A stretch of 63,670 nucleotides of DNA, counting the filler, from Octopus bimaculoides (lineage: Eukaryota), in the NCBI RefSeq assembly GCF_001194135.2. It is 3 parts of 3 records of this genome, joined end to end, with 100 filler letters (N's around TTAATTAATTAA, not from the genome) between each part and the next. Parts side by side here need not be neighbours in the genome. Positions count along the whole stretch, not along the records: positions 1 to 31,451 come from NC_068987.1; 2 more parts are not named here. The stretch is one strand, 5' to 3'. Position 1 is the stretch's first letter; every line of letters begins with the position of its first letter. Under the pieces are notes generated by a model. That model was given only the letters and a program-made list of their open reading frames with translations, searched no databases and had not been told where the DNA came from. Positions 11,905 to 25,175 of the stretch are shown one piece after another. A program made the position numbers and the translations under genes.

Positions 11905-13405
11905 CTAAGTTATGTAAATACCCCAACACTTTTACCTTTATAGCAGTTGACTATGGTGCTGCTACACCAGTCATTGGGTATGACTCCTTCATGTATCACC
12001 TGGTTAATTATATGGGTGACTAGGCTATAGTTGACACTACCAGATATTTTGAGCATCTCTGCAGTGATTCCTGATGGGGCGGGGGCTTTCCCTGTCTTCA
12101 TACTCTTGATCGCTTTATGTACCAAGGTACTGTCAATTAGGATAGCTGGTCCCTCTGTTTTGCCGACATGCGGCAGAATCTCTTCCTCCCATTCACTCTC
12201 TCTATTAAGCAGCCTTTCATAGTGGCGTCTCCAAACCTCTCACTTTGCAGCCTTATTTAGTGCAAGTGAGCCATCATCCATGTGGACACATTTCTCTCCT
12301 ACGACATCACGATTCTCTCTCACACACTGTCTTGCAACACGAAATACTTCAAGTTTTTGGTCCTCATGGCACAGAACATTGGCAATTTTTTTCTTATCTG
12401 TTTCCCCTCTGGCTAAGTAAACCTGTCTCCTAGCTTCCCTTCTGGCAGTCTGATACAATTCCCTGCTACCTCCGTTCTTCCAAGCCTGTTTCTTTTGTCT
12501 AATAACCCTGTCAACCACATTGTTCCACCACCACTTTACTTTGGATCGAGAGGGGACTTTACGCCAGCCACAGATCTGGTCGGTGGCTCTCAGCAAGTTA
12601 TCTCGTAGAAACCTCCAATTGTCTTCCACGTTGTGTGATGCTATATCCCCTTCTATTTTGTCAAATGCTTCGAGTAAGATATTTCTAAATCTCTGACCAT
12701 TTGCAGGATCTTTAAGCTTCCAGACCCTTCTCCTCCAAGCTGATCTACTTCTGGGCATCCATTTAGCCTTGATCCCGAAGTCGCTAACTAGTAATCTGTG
12801 TTGAGGGGTACATTCTTCACCTGGGAAGGTTTTGGCATTTATAAGCAGTCCCCTTTCCCTATTTCTGGCAAGGATGTAGTCGATTTGGCTAGTGTGTCTG
12901 CTGGAACAGTAGGTGACTTGGTGACAGGCAGGTTTCCTGAAGTTGGTATTGCAAACCATAAGATCATTTGCATCACAGAACTCCAGCAGTCTGGTTCCCT
13001 CCTCATTGCGAGAACCGAAGCCACAGCCTCCATGTATGCCATGGAAGCCCCCTGTATGTTGTTTCACATGTCCATTGAAGTCTCCAACCACAAAGAGAAG
13101 GTCCCTGTCATTCGTCAATGAGGTAGTTTGCAAGAGGGTGCCGTAGAATTGGTCTTTCTGCCCATCCGGTAGCCCCGGTTGAGGGGCATAGGCCGAGATG
13201 ACAGTAGCTAACCTATGGTGAAGCACTAATCTAATCTTAAGTACTCTGTCACATACTCTGACTACCTCGATTACCTTATCAACCTATTTCTCTGCAAGAA
13301 GTATTCCCAGTGTCCCCATAAAATCTTGTACCTGCATTCTTTGCCTGTGAGGAACCTAGTGGAACCTCCTCTCCACCTTACTTCTTGGATGCAGCACAGA
13401 TCTAC
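11905..13405 (-). mobile_element. RTE-clade LINE fragment: APE endonuclease and linker
   Basis: DLCCIQEVRWRGG, VISAYAPQ, VVGDFNGHV, GFGSRNEEGTRLLEFCDANDLMVCNTNF, SQIDYIL, PQHRLLVSDF, then KSMKTGKAPAPSGITAEMLK; truncated before the RT. Confidence 0.95.
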
Positions 13406-13413
13406 GTGTGTGC

Positions 13414-13516
<103 letters not shown>

Positions 13517-13534
13517 TCTATGTATGTATCATCA

Positions 13535-13765
13535 CCGTTATTGTCATTACCATCATTTTAACATCCACTTTTCCATGCTTGCATGGGCCAGATGGTGTTT
13601 ACTGAGGCAGATTTTCTGTAGCTGGATGTCTTTCCTGTTTCCAACCCTCACTTGTTTCAAGCATGCTAATAGTTACCAGTGGCCAAACATGTATGACAGC
13701 CAGAAGCATCTTACAACTATCACGCAATGTCAAGACAAGGGGACACAAATGCACACACATTATAT
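13535..13765 (-). mobile_element. 3' half of a SINE carrying an RTE-like tail
   Basis: Reverse complement matches 34255-34470. Confidence 0.75.
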
Positions 13766-15404
13766 GTAATACCTTGAACAAAGCTGCATAAGAATGTCAC
13801 CCTGTGGACAAATATGTACTGCAACTGATTTAATTTAAATAAACTAAATTTACATAACTGCCACATTAAAGGACACTAGGACACTTATCCAGCAGAAATA
13901 CATGTCGGATTGGAATTAGATGAAATTAATACTTTAATAAATAAATTTTGGAGATGTATAATTTTCCATCATGATGTCATGATTATATATCCAGTATGCC
14001 GTATAAAATCTAATGAAGTATCAAATAGATTAGAGTTTAATTGTTTATCTTAAATAATTCTGAATGTTCCCTATCATTCAATGTGGTTAGCCACATCTGG
14101 ATTATATCAGAGTACTCGAAAGGTACCTGCCCAGATTCCAAATCCTTATTCCTTTACATTATACACATGCACACAAACACACACACACAAAGATTCCTTG
14201 GAGAAATCAATAACACAGAGCTTGGTGTTAGTTGGTCTATCCACTTTTGGTTTAAAAGTTCATGGTTGCTGCAGGCATTTTTATGACTTTGGGCTGGTCC
14301 CTTAGCTCTGTATGCTTCAGTTCACACGGTTGTGATGGTAAAGGAGATATAGCAGGTTTGGGGTAGTTGCTTGTCATAATCTAGTAACATATCTACTTGT
14401 CATAATCTAGTATCATATCTCGAGCTGTATTTTTATAAAACTTGAAACTAACCCACTATCACCTGATTTAATTAACAGCTGCCTTGATTTGATATTTATT
14501 CATAGTTATATATGACACAACTGTATATTTAAAATTATATTACCCAAGTCATCAGCAGCAGCATTAAATTAAAAATGAAATTTGCATAAAAGAAATTGAA
14601 ATATATTTCTGACATTTATTTTCCTTTTAGAATTTCACAAACTTGTAAGTTTATTTATTTTAAAATGTTTCCATTGATATGTTGTGAAATATTTCCATTG
14701 GTATGTTGTAAATGTTTTGACAAATAAATTGCATGTTTTTACAGCCAGAGTATTTAATGGCTGTTATAAAGTTTTTAGCTTAATTCTTTAACCTATTTTG
14801 TATTATTCATATAAACATGTAGTTACAATACTTCAGTTCAAAGTTGACAGCATGAAGTAAGGTTTCTAACTGGTATTGTTTATCTCTTTCTTCTCAATTG
14901 TTTTATCTATTTATTAAAACACACACACATGGAGAACATTTCACAACTGTGATATAAACTTTGCCTTATTGTGAATCTTTGTGCGTGCACACACACACAC
15001 ACACATCTCACCCTAGGCTGATTTCTGTGCTATTAAACAGACTGAGAGGCAATCCTACCCCTAGATAATAGAAGACCAGATCATTTCAGGTAAATTTGCA
15101 GCACTGCCAAAATAATAAACTGCAGGTCAATTTCATAGTGCTCTTGCTGTCACCCAGACACACCCTAGAAAGTTATACCACCATATGTGATATTTATTTG
15201 GAATTAAGAGGAGTTGGCTATCAAAAAAAAATTAAGTGTTTTAGTCACATACACAAAAATAAAACAGTGACAGAACATGAATTGCTGAGCCAATAAGGTG
15301 CAAGTTCAGCTATTCCAGAATGTCCTGAGTTGGAGTTAGATGAATAACAACGAAACGACAAATTATATATTTGTTTTTGTCTTTTAGCATCATTGTTTTC
15401 ATCA

Positions 15405-15835
15405 TCATTTTTTCTTTAATGTCCTCATTTCTATACTTGTATGGGTCAGATGGAATTTGTTAAAGAACAGTTTCTATGACCAGATGCCCTTCCTGTCACC
15501 AAACTTCACTTGTTTCCAACAAGATATTTTCTCATGGCAAGATATGTTTTCATGGAAAACTGGAAATAAACAACATCATTTGTATGATGAGGATGATGTT
15601 CGTTTACAATATTGCACCATGTCAAGACAAGGAGACAGAAGCATGCATGCACAAACACACACAGAGGCACATATATGATGGGTTTGTTTCAGTTTCTGTC
15701 TGCCAAATCCACTCACAAAGCTTTGATTTATCCAGGACTATAATAGAAAACATTTTCCAAGGTATTACGCAGAAGGACTGAACTTGAAATCATGTGGTTG
15801 GAAACAAGCTTTTTAACCACACAGTTATGCCTGTT
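15405..15835 (-). mobile_element. Near-complete SINE (family C head, RTE-like tail)
   Basis: Reverse complement collinear with 34035-34470. Confidence 0.75.
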
Positions 15836-16584
15836 CCTAGAATGGATGGAACAATTTGTTTCCTTTATTTTCCAGGAGAAATTTGTATTTTGTAGATGCC
15901 ATTGATTTTGATTTCATATCTTTCCGACTGCTTACTGATAATTAATTTTCAATAATGAAGTGATAATTGAACCTGTTGTTAGCCAAGTAGACTGAGGCAA
16001 GCAGAGTAACAAGCAATACACATACATTACACAGGGAGCACAGCACAAAATTGCTTAACTCAACTGATTCATTTAATCTATAAAGAACAGCTTAAGAACA
16101 GCTTAAGAAAATTAAGTGAAACATTAACAAGTAAGCAAAGGTAACTCATTAGCAACTTAAATAATAATTATTAGTGTTAGATAACAGGGTAATGAATTCA
16201 CAAGTAATAAAAGGGCAAAATGATGATAGAACATTAGCTTTCTAGATGAATCAACAATTGTGGAACTGTTTGAACAAAAAAGGCCCTATTTTTAAGGGAG
16301 TTGAATTTTTTTCCTGTTCAAAATGCTGAAAAGGGTTAATAAGTAAACAGAAAATTGCTTGCTGTAAAATGAAAATAAAAATTTGGCAAAAAAATAAACA
16401 AATAAAACAAAGATAAATTTCATGCAACATGGATGCAATGAATGCACCAAGAAGCGATAACTAGAATAAGTAGAATATATTAATTAAACGTATTAATTTT
16501 GACTGAACATAGTAATTTGAACATGCAGCCAGTTGTTGCACAGTAAGACAACAGCAACTGAGCTGAAAATTTCAAAAAACTTAC

Positions 16585-16623
16585 CATGGGCTGTTTAAGA
16601 CGATTTTCTTCTTATCACGGATT
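16585..16623 (-). CDS. 39-nt symmetric (phase 2-2) microexon, (x)IRDKKKIVLNSP(W), same gene as the 7606-7792 exon
   Basis: Consensus donor TG|gtaagt at 16584; acceptor ttctttttgtctggaag| preceded by a pyrimidine tract of over 100 nt; TG+G joins in frame to 7792 (LNSPW-SSSTG). Confidence 0.6.
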
Positions 16624-16984
16624 CTTCCAGACAAAAAGAATAAAACTGAATTATTGTGGGAACCCACAAGAAAAAGGGAGACAGAAGGAGGAGGAGAAGC
16701 GAGAAAGAGGTTGAAAAAGAGACCGGCAATAGAGAGGAAAAATGAATGAAGAAATGAGAGACTAAGAAGGAACTTCAATTGCTTCTTCATTTATGTTTGT
16801 ATATTATTTTACTGCCATCTCTCATAGATATCTTTAATAGAAACAAGACATCAAATTTATAAAGGAAAGGATTGTTATATTGTAGCATTTATGCCTTTAG
16901 TTGCACCTTCAACTAATGAAAAAAATTCATGGTAATGGTGTTATACAGTTTCAGTTTGATGCTCATTATCTATCTGTTACTACA

Positions 16985-17350
16985 TCATCATTATCGTTTT
17001 AACCCTTGGATGGGTTGGATGGAAATTATTGAGGCAGACTTCTATAGCTGGAGGCCATTCGTTTTGCCAACCCTCACCTGTTTCCCCATGGCCAGACATG
17101 TTTATCATTGAGATTGGAAACAAAGGAAGGACACTGTTTGTACAACCCCCATGCAATGTCAAGACAAGGAGACAGTAACACACACACACACAGAGGACAG
17201 GCTTCTTTCAATTTCTGCCTCCCAAATTTACTTACAAGGCTTTGGTCAGCCCATGGCTATTGCAGAAAACACTTGTTGGAGGTGTCACACAATGGAACTG
17301 AACCTAAAACCATGTTGTTGCGAAGCAAGCTTCTTAACCACAAAGCCACA
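16985..17350 (-). mobile_element. Near-complete SINE (family C head, RTE-like tail)
   Basis: Reverse complement collinear with 34035-34470 and similar to 15405-15835. Confidence 0.75.
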
Positions 17351-19471
17351 TTTGAAAAAAAAAAATCCTAATGATTTTTCAGTGGCTATCTTCATTATTG
17401 AGGTTAGAGTTAGATATGATTAATAGATAAGATTTTAATACAGATACTATAAACACCAATTTGTGAAAGAAAACAGATCACCAGGTCAATCAAACAGAAC
17501 TCAAACTACATACTAATTGCTTGCTGTTTGATCACACCCCCCATTGCTTCAACAAATTAATACCTATAATCTATTCTCTCTTTTTTCTTTGTTTTTTTAA
17601 ACAAGCTATTTTATCTCTGTAAGTGTTTCACTTGTTTCACAGATAATCTGTAAACAACTTAATATTATCAGCATAAGATATTCTACTAAAGGTATGACAT
17701 AGTGAGGTGTGCTATCTTGATTCAATGTTACAAAGAGAAATAATTGTTTTTTTTTTTTTTTACTCTCTGAAAATGGTGATAACAATATCTAATATCATTT
17801 ACATTTAATTCTGGACTAACCTCCTTATTCTAGATAATTATTTGGCCAACCTCATTATCTCAAGTTATAATTAAATTTGCCTTTCATTTTATTGGGTTTC
17901 ATTCTGTTGACTGTAATGGCTACAAGCATGTGTGTGAGTAGGACAAACTATTTATACACTGTACATAAGAGTAAGATTAGATAGGTCCTTAACTGTAAAA
18001 GGTCTTTGTTTTTATATTTTATATATCCAGTTGATTCTCAAGCACTGAATATTTAATCTGTCATGAAAAGGGAGTACAAGCCTTCTTCCTCGAAATATGA
18101 TGTGGTAAATGTACATATTACCATAATTATTGCAGCATGGAAGACATATATTAGCTATTCAAAAACACACAAAGACTGTTTCACTTAAACATTTACTATT
18201 TGGGGCCAAAATTTTCATCACACCAACTGTGACCTGGTCACTGGAAAATTTTGATTCCAAATAAAAGTCTTTGTGTGTTTTTGAATGGCTAATATGTTTT
18301 CCATGCTGTAATCATTTTAGCATCAACACACAGTCTCAGATTGGATCGCTTGCAGAGCAAATAGACTTCCAGAATGTTACCTTAACAAATTTCTGTTGAA
18401 ATACATGGCTTTTGTTTCAATTGATTTTTAAAATAATGAAAAATTTAGCGAAATATCCAGTGTTAAACTGGTATCTGGAACATGATTTAACATGAAATTT
18501 TGAAAGATTTTAATTTAGATAACTTTAAAGCAGGAACTTTATATCATAGAACCAGGTGTGATCCCAGGTGGATTGCATTCAAAGGGACTAAGTCTAACTC
18601 GTTAAAATCTGCCACACTGCATCACCTCAATTCATGAACAGGTCATATCAAGTATCACATTCTTTAATTAATAAAGAAAATTCTTTGCCCACTTCTTATT
18701 AGCTCTTTTCTTTTCAAAACAACTAATCCAATGTATTCAGTTCTTGGTTCATTAGAATTTAATCCATTTATCCTTAAATTTCACACTGAAGGTCCTCTTA
18801 AATTTATTGTAAGGATTCTACCTAGTTTCAAACTATCTTGCATAGATACCTTATTTATAACCATGACCTAACTATATTTCTATAAATAGCAAGACCAGCT
18901 AAAAGAAAATTAACTGCATCACCATAAAAGGTATGAATGTCTATGTGAACATGGTTCAACCAATCAGTATCAGGTGGTATGTAACCAATTAGGTGATATA
19001 CTTGAAAGAAAGTTGTGTAAATTTCTCACTCAGTAGTTTTGCTGAAGGTTCTAGAAGTCTTGCTAAAAATTATTAAAAGCTGGGATACTGAACTCCAAAA
19101 CAGAATGACCTCAGACACTACAGGTAACTCTGTCACTCACTTTCATTATAGATGTTCTCACTTTTTGTATACTCGTTTTGCCTATAACAGCTATGGATAA
19201 TTATCATGTAACTAACTAAAATGTTATTTCTATTTCACTCAGTGAAAAACTTTAAACTGTAACATACACCATAGTATGCATGTTTTTCAGTTCAATTACT
19301 TCATTATACATATGTAAATACAACTGTTCAAAGTAGTAAAAGTATGCTCATTCTCTCTTTAACACATAACCTACCAACTTACCTTCCTACCGTTGTGCAT
19401 TACCAATGATGATATGATGACCACTACTAAAAATTAATTCCACTTTTGCCTTTATCATGCATTCTTTTTAA

Positions 19472-20015
19472 CCCTTTTAATGCCATGTTTCTGTTGAAAT
19501 ACACTGCCTTTGTTTCAATGAATTTTGAGAATAATGAAAAATTTACTAAGAAGGCAATGACAAGTAACTGATACTTGGTGATTTGCTGTGCTTAAGAAGA
19601 CACGTCAAGCTAAGTGAAATCGTAGTCATGGCCAATGCTGGTGACATGTAAAAGGTACACTCTGTGGAGTGGTTTGCATTAGGAAGGGCATCTAGCCATA
19701 GAAACCAAGCAAAAACAGACTGGAGCCTGATGCAGCTTTTCAGATACCAGTTCCAACCAAATAGCCTAACCCATGCCAACATGGAAAACGGATGCTAATG
19801 ATGATGATGATGATGATGTTGATGATGATGATGTTGATGATGATGTTGATGATGATGATGTTGATGATGATGATGTTGACTGTCATTATTAAGTTGATGT
19901 TTAGAACATAAATTAACATGGAACTTTGATGGGTGTTTTAAAGTTAGATCACTTAAAAACAGAAAGTTTGTATCAGAGAACAAAAAGCAATTTAAAGTGG
20001 GTTGGTATCAGAAGA
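19472..20015 (-). mobile_element. piggyBac-type MITE (family 1) split by an RTE 3'-end insertion
   Basis: TTAA (19468-19471) then cccttttaatgcca; MITE sequence resumes at gtcattattaag (about 19881) after the insert. Confidence 0.7.
19548..19880 (+). mobile_element. RTE 3' UTR with expanded (GAT)n/(GTT GAT GAT GAT) tail
   Basis: Matches the reverse complement of 4560-4790; the tail explains the poly-His ORF 19795-19983. Confidence 0.85.
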
Positions 20016-20989
20016 CTTAAAGCAATACAGAATAGTAGAAGACTTACAGTGCCACTGATGAATAGAAGCAAGCAAACCCTAGCTGAGACTATAACATTTT
20101 ATTCATATTTGGGAAACACATGTACATCCTGACATTCTCTTCACCCTATCTTTTGATAAAACTGTGATGATATTAATATCAATGAATAACTATTTCTATT
20201 TATACAAATGGAAACAACATATTTAAGTCTATATGTAGACTGGGATGCATTCATGCAGAATCAAGAGATGGAGGAAGGCAAAGTGTAGTGTTTTTCATTT
20301 GGTCCATCTTTGTGGAAAAATGGACATGAAATCCATGATGATGATGATGAAGAGGAGGATGGGTAAGAAGGGGAGTGGAGGGAAGAGGACGACAATGATG
20401 GTGAAGTCACCAATGGGTGAGAATGATAATGATGAGAAGGCAGAGGACAAGGAGAAGTGTAATTATGGATTATGATAATGACAACGATGATGACAACTAA
20501 ACTTTTCCTTTGCATTACGTAAGTTAATATATATTTATTTTAAGCATAGAAAGAGTTAAAGAAAAAAGGAAAAGGGAATGAGAGAATAACAGACAAAAAT
20601 ACTAGGAAGTGGTGATAGAAATAAAAATTGTAATCATATCACAAGCATTAACCAGTTTCCTTTATGTTTTGTTGATAAGAGAAAAGAATCCAAAGATAGA
20701 AAGAAAAATTTAAAAAAAAATTGGAAGTAGGAAATGGTAGGATTATATATCAAAGTTTAGAATATTTTCTAATGAGACGAAGAAGTAAAGTGGCCTGAAA
20801 CTAAAGGATTGGCAAAGCAACCTAGCTGAAGTGGTTAGTTTTAGTATGATGCAAACCTGAGAGTGTTTACTTTTTTTCTCTTTTAATTTCATTGATGTTT
20901 AAACTTGAACTATGCTAGGAAGAAATGGGTAAATACTCTAGCCTACTTTTGGTCAGTTTGACTAACCACATAAATTCCATTAGTTTATT

Positions 20990-21225
20990 GAATAATAATA
21001 ATAATAATAATAATAATAGTGATTTCAAGTTTTGGCACAAGGCCGCCGACTTCAGGGGAGGGGGTAAGTCTATTACATTGACCCCAATGTTCAGCTGGTA
21101 CTTATTTTATCAACGCTGAAAGGATGAAAGGCAATGCTGACCATGGCAGCATTTGAACTCAGAACAAAGCCAGAAGAAATGCCACTTAGCATTTTGTCTG
21201 ATATGCTAATGATTCTGCATGATCA
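20990..21225 (-). mobile_element. Family A SINE with (AAT)n tail
   Basis: Reverse complement of the 1110-1322 type. Confidence 0.8.
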
Positions 21226-21639
21226 TACAATTAATTAAATCAGGCCTTATACTTGACATGTGTCTATTTTATTGACTAGTCCACACTCACTACCAGAAAG
21301 GAAAATATGACCCTGGTGAAATTTGAATTCTATAATACTAGTAATAAATTATGCTTTCCAACAGAAAGAAGAATTTTGGGAGGAGCATAGCTCATTAAAT
21401 TGGGTTCAGGAGATCAGAAATATGGTAACAAAAACTTTAAATGCCAAGATAATATTTTCCAAGTCCTAATAACACCATGTCTGATTTAAAACTATGATGA
21501 CACAAGCTTTCAACCACAACTATGGACAATTCACACCATATTACTAACCCAACAACACCCAATTTAAACAGAGGGAGAGAGTCCCAGTTAGATAAAACAA
21601 CTAAGACAAAGATTCTGAAGTAGAATTTTCTGTCATTTG

Positions 21640-22192
21640 ACCCCTTTTTATACTAACCCATCTAAGACCACCTCTGCTTCTATGACACAAACATCCTGTT
21701 TTAAAGTGAAATAAAAATCTTCCATCAACCTTTCATGTTCATTTAAGTTCCAAATACCAGCTTAATAATGACAAAGTTATTTTACTAAATTCTTCAGTAT
21801 TTCAAGAATAATTGAAATAAAAACAGAGTAAAAGGATAAAGACCCCCTTCAGTCATGAATAGCCATGGGATTGCACCTGGAAAGGTCCCCTCCAAGGCAC
21901 AAGTCCGGGCAATGTTGTTTCTTTATGGAAGACCAGCAGTCACTTATGCATACCATCATCCCCTCTCCATGCCACTAATGTTCTCCAAGGGAAAGGCAAA
22001 AGCCAATACAGCTTGGCACCAGTGATGTGGCAACTCATTTCTACAATTGAGTGAACTGGAGCAATGTGAAATAAAGTGTCTTGCTCAAGAACACAACACA
22101 GCCCAGTCCGGGAATCAAACTCACTACCTCAGGATTGTGAGCCTGATGTTCTAACCACTGAGAATTTCAACAGAAATATGTTAACAAAAGGG
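21640..22192 (+). mobile_element. piggyBac-type MITE (family 1) interrupted by a family B SINE
   Basis: Ends aatatgttaacaaaaggg followed by TTAA (22193-22196); the body is the reverse complement of 9715-10085. Confidence 0.7.
21841..22152 (-). mobile_element. Family B SINE
   Basis: Reverse complement of 4912-5245. Confidence 0.85.
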
Positions 22193-22966
22193 TTAATGTA
22201 TGAGCTAGTTAACAAGCACCATTTAGCTGCAGGGTCCTCTATTCAACAAAAGCTGAAGATTGATGTTTTATGTTTCATGTAGTACGCCAGTCCCAGTCAA
22301 AAAGCATTAAGGACTCGAGGCTCCACCCTTAGCCACAGTGATATACTAAGAATTCATCATAGTTTACTCTGCTTGAGTATATTTGCAAGGCCCTCTCTTG
22401 GCACAGAACCCAGTTTGAACAAACCTGGCTAATTTGTTTACAATCAGCCATGTTTAGTTGTGTCCACAGTTAGTGGCCTTATATTGCCTTCCAATCTGTT
22501 CAAGAGAGCAAAATTTCCATCAAAAGGCCAAGCAACTTATTCTAAATTGTTCTTGCTTTTCTACTAATTTGGAGTGTCCAGCACTATAATGCGAGACCAC
22601 ATAAATTTGATCTATTTTTCCAAGCTTGCATAAGTTGGATGGAAATTCACTGAGACATATGTTTCTATGACCAGTCGTCTTTCTTTCAGTTGTCAGCCCT
22701 CACTTTGTTTCCGAGTAAAGTAGTAATTCCCCAAGGAGGACAGGTTTTCATGGAAGGTCAGGAAATGAACAACCCTGTTTGTATGATGGTGACAATCATA
22801 AGAATTCTCAAATGATGTCAAGACAGGGAGACACAAACATGCACAAGTATTACCTACTGATGATAGAGAAAGGTTTCCAGCATTGCAATGGATTTAGAAG
22901 AGCTTGCAAAACCTCTGAAAAGTTCTTGACTTTAACCTCCTAAAATTCTTCATTACTAGAAATATA

Positions 22967-23135
22967 TCATCATCATCATTTAATGTCCGTTGTCCATGCT
23001 GGCATGGGTTGGATGGTTTAACCAGAGCTAGCAAGCTGGGGAGCTGTACCAGACTCCAGTCTAATTTGGCATGATTTCTACAGAAGGATGCCCTTTGTAA
23101 TGCCAACCACTTTACAGAGTATGGTGGGTGCTTTC
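22967..23135 (-). mobile_element. RTE 3' tail fragment
   Basis: catcatcatcatttaatgtccgttgtccatgctggcatgggttgg is the reverse complement of the shared RTE tail. Confidence 0.8.
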
Positions 23136-23138
23136 ACA

Positions 23139-23972
23139 CGGCGATGAATACTGCATCTACTGCTCTCTCTGTCCTCTATACATTAGTCAAATGGGACGCC
23201 GCTTGACTGACCGGTTTGTGGAACACTTTCGAGACATCAGACTTGGCAATGACACCCCGGTCTCATGCCATTTCCGCTCTACCGGTCACTCTTTACAACA
23301 CCTGTTTGTGTTCAGATTTTCCTTGCACAGGGGCCATCCGGACTCCTGTCTTCGCTCCTTTGTGCCACATGGGCTCAACTCTCTTCCCCTATTCATCTAA
23401 CCCTCCTCCACTCACACCTACTTCCTCCCACCCACCTCGCCTCTCTTGCTCTGACATCTACTTCTTCTCTTCACTCCTACCCGCTTTCTCCTTTTCACCC
23501 TCTGCCTCATTACCCCACCCCTACCATCCCTATACATCCCATCCCTTGCTTCTCCCACACCCCAACACCATCACATCACTCCGCACACATTAGTACTGAC
23601 CACTTCCCAGCACCTACACCAACTTCCACACACGCACACATTGAGGTCACCAGCCCTCTCCCACACGCAAATACTCGCTCTCACATACACATGCACCTTC
23701 ATTTTGGGATCACCACTACTTTATTATCTCCCCTTCTACCTAGCTCTCCTGTGTGACCCCTCTGTCCAGCATTTGCCATGATAGATCGCTAGCCACTAAA
23801 ACTTTTCTATTTTCTCTTCCTGTTTATTTCTGTGTTTCTTTCTGTCGAAGAGCATAGGTTTGAAACGTAAAAGACTTCCTCACTTCCTGAGTGTTAAACT
23901 AATACATCTGTTTGCTGTTTACACACCAGTCTTCATCTTTTGGTTTTTTTTTGTAAATTCTCACTATATATA
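23139..23972 (+). mobile_element. Penelope-like element: GIY-YIG endonuclease C-terminus, C/T-rich 3' region, terminal-repeat-like end
   Basis: YCIYCSLCPLYISQMGRRLTDRFVEHFRDIR...PVSCHFRSTGHS...PHGLN matches the PLE GIY-YIG pattern (LYIGQTGRRL..RF.EH ... PxGLN); gaagagcataggtttgaaacgt near the end. Confidence 0.82.
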
Positions 23973-24285
23973 TATACCATGCAACATAAATTTTTGATTT
24001 TATTAAAATTATCTGTGCCTCTTGTAGAAATATCATAATTACCAAATGGCAATCAAGAACAAGTTCCATTTGAGAAGGGGAGGTAATCTTAAGACTCATG
24101 TATTCTCCAGATATGATATGCCATTAAGGAAGAGGACAGGCTTCCTATCTGGAGATAAGAGGACAGTTATAGACATGTGTTTCTGGCTCAATAGTCATCA
24201 TCAGCACAACAATTGTCCTATCTTAACTCCAGTTGCATATACAAATAAAGTAGAACACATACCCTAAGTAATGTGCATAATTTAA

Positions 24286-24503
24286 CCATTTAGCAATCAC
24301 ATTATTCTGTCAAAAGTAACGCTTACTTATTCACATTGCTTTGAATGAATTATGCATTATTTTGTAGCTTTGAGATTTTGAAGAGGTAACTTAATTTTTA
24401 GAATGATATTGTAATGCTGGTGTGATAGGTCAAATCTGGCCAATTTAAACATAAAACAAGTAGGATATTTTGGCTGGATATGACCGGTTTAAATGCTAAA
24501 GGG
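24286..24503. mobile_element. 218-bp piggyBac-type MITE (family 2)
   Basis: TTAA-ccatttagca ... tgctaaaggg-TTAA: TTAA TSD on both sides (24282-24285, 24504-24507) and a 10-bp TIR with one mismatch. Confidence 0.8.
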
Positions 24504-24639
24504 TTAAAAATAATCTAAGAGAAATAATTCAATGGCCAGTGGAATGTATTTGAACAATATAGACAAATATAAATATATCAAATACCTGAATGTGGAGGCT
24601 GCAGAGGAATGAAGTTGGATGTGTGATGTCAGTGTGCAT

Positions 24640-25105
24640 GTGCAACAGAGTATTAGTGTATTGAGAGAGAGGCTGGGTGTAAGAGGAATTAGATGCAATG
24701 TGTAAAAGAGAATACTGCGCTGGTTTTATTGAGGATGAATGAGGACAGCTGCATAAAGAAGTCATGGAAGAACGAAACCCAAAAAGACATAGAATGAAGT
24801 ATTGAAGGCTGATCTCAAACTGCTGAGCCTTATGAAAGAGATGACAGAATACCGAGTTATGTGGTGCACTGCTGTATTCAAGACCCGCCCTCAACAGAAT
24901 TGAGGTCCCAAAACCAAGGTGCCACTTAAAAAACACCCAGTACATTTTGTAAAGTGGTTGGCAGTAGGAAGGGCATCCAGCTGTAGATACCAAGTCAAAA
25001 CAGACTATGGAACCTGGTGCAGCCCCTGGGTAGTCAGTTCCTGTCATGTCATCCAACCCATGCCAGCAAGGAAAACAGATGTTAATGTTGATGATGATGA
25101 TGATG
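24640..25105 (+). mobile_element. Decayed RTE 3' end (ORF2 C-terminus, UTR, GAT tail)
   Basis: Residual RMNEDSCIKK and KPKKT similarity to 30576-30800, then the shared UTR and gatgatgat. Confidence 0.75.
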
Positions 25106-25114
25106 GCCTCAGCA

Positions 25115-25129
<15 letters not shown>

Positions 25130-25175
<46 letters not shown>

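Noticed and set aside
19034-19123. Plus-strand phase-1 exon candidate (LLKVLEVLLKIIKSWDTELQNRMTSDTT) with donor CAG|gtaact
   Set aside because: Isolated, lies among minus-strand gene exons and on the other side of the scaffold join from the plus-strand gene; not supportable without transcripts.
19795-19983. Poly-His/Gln ORF
   Set aside because: Antisense of the expanded (GAT)n tail of an RTE copy.
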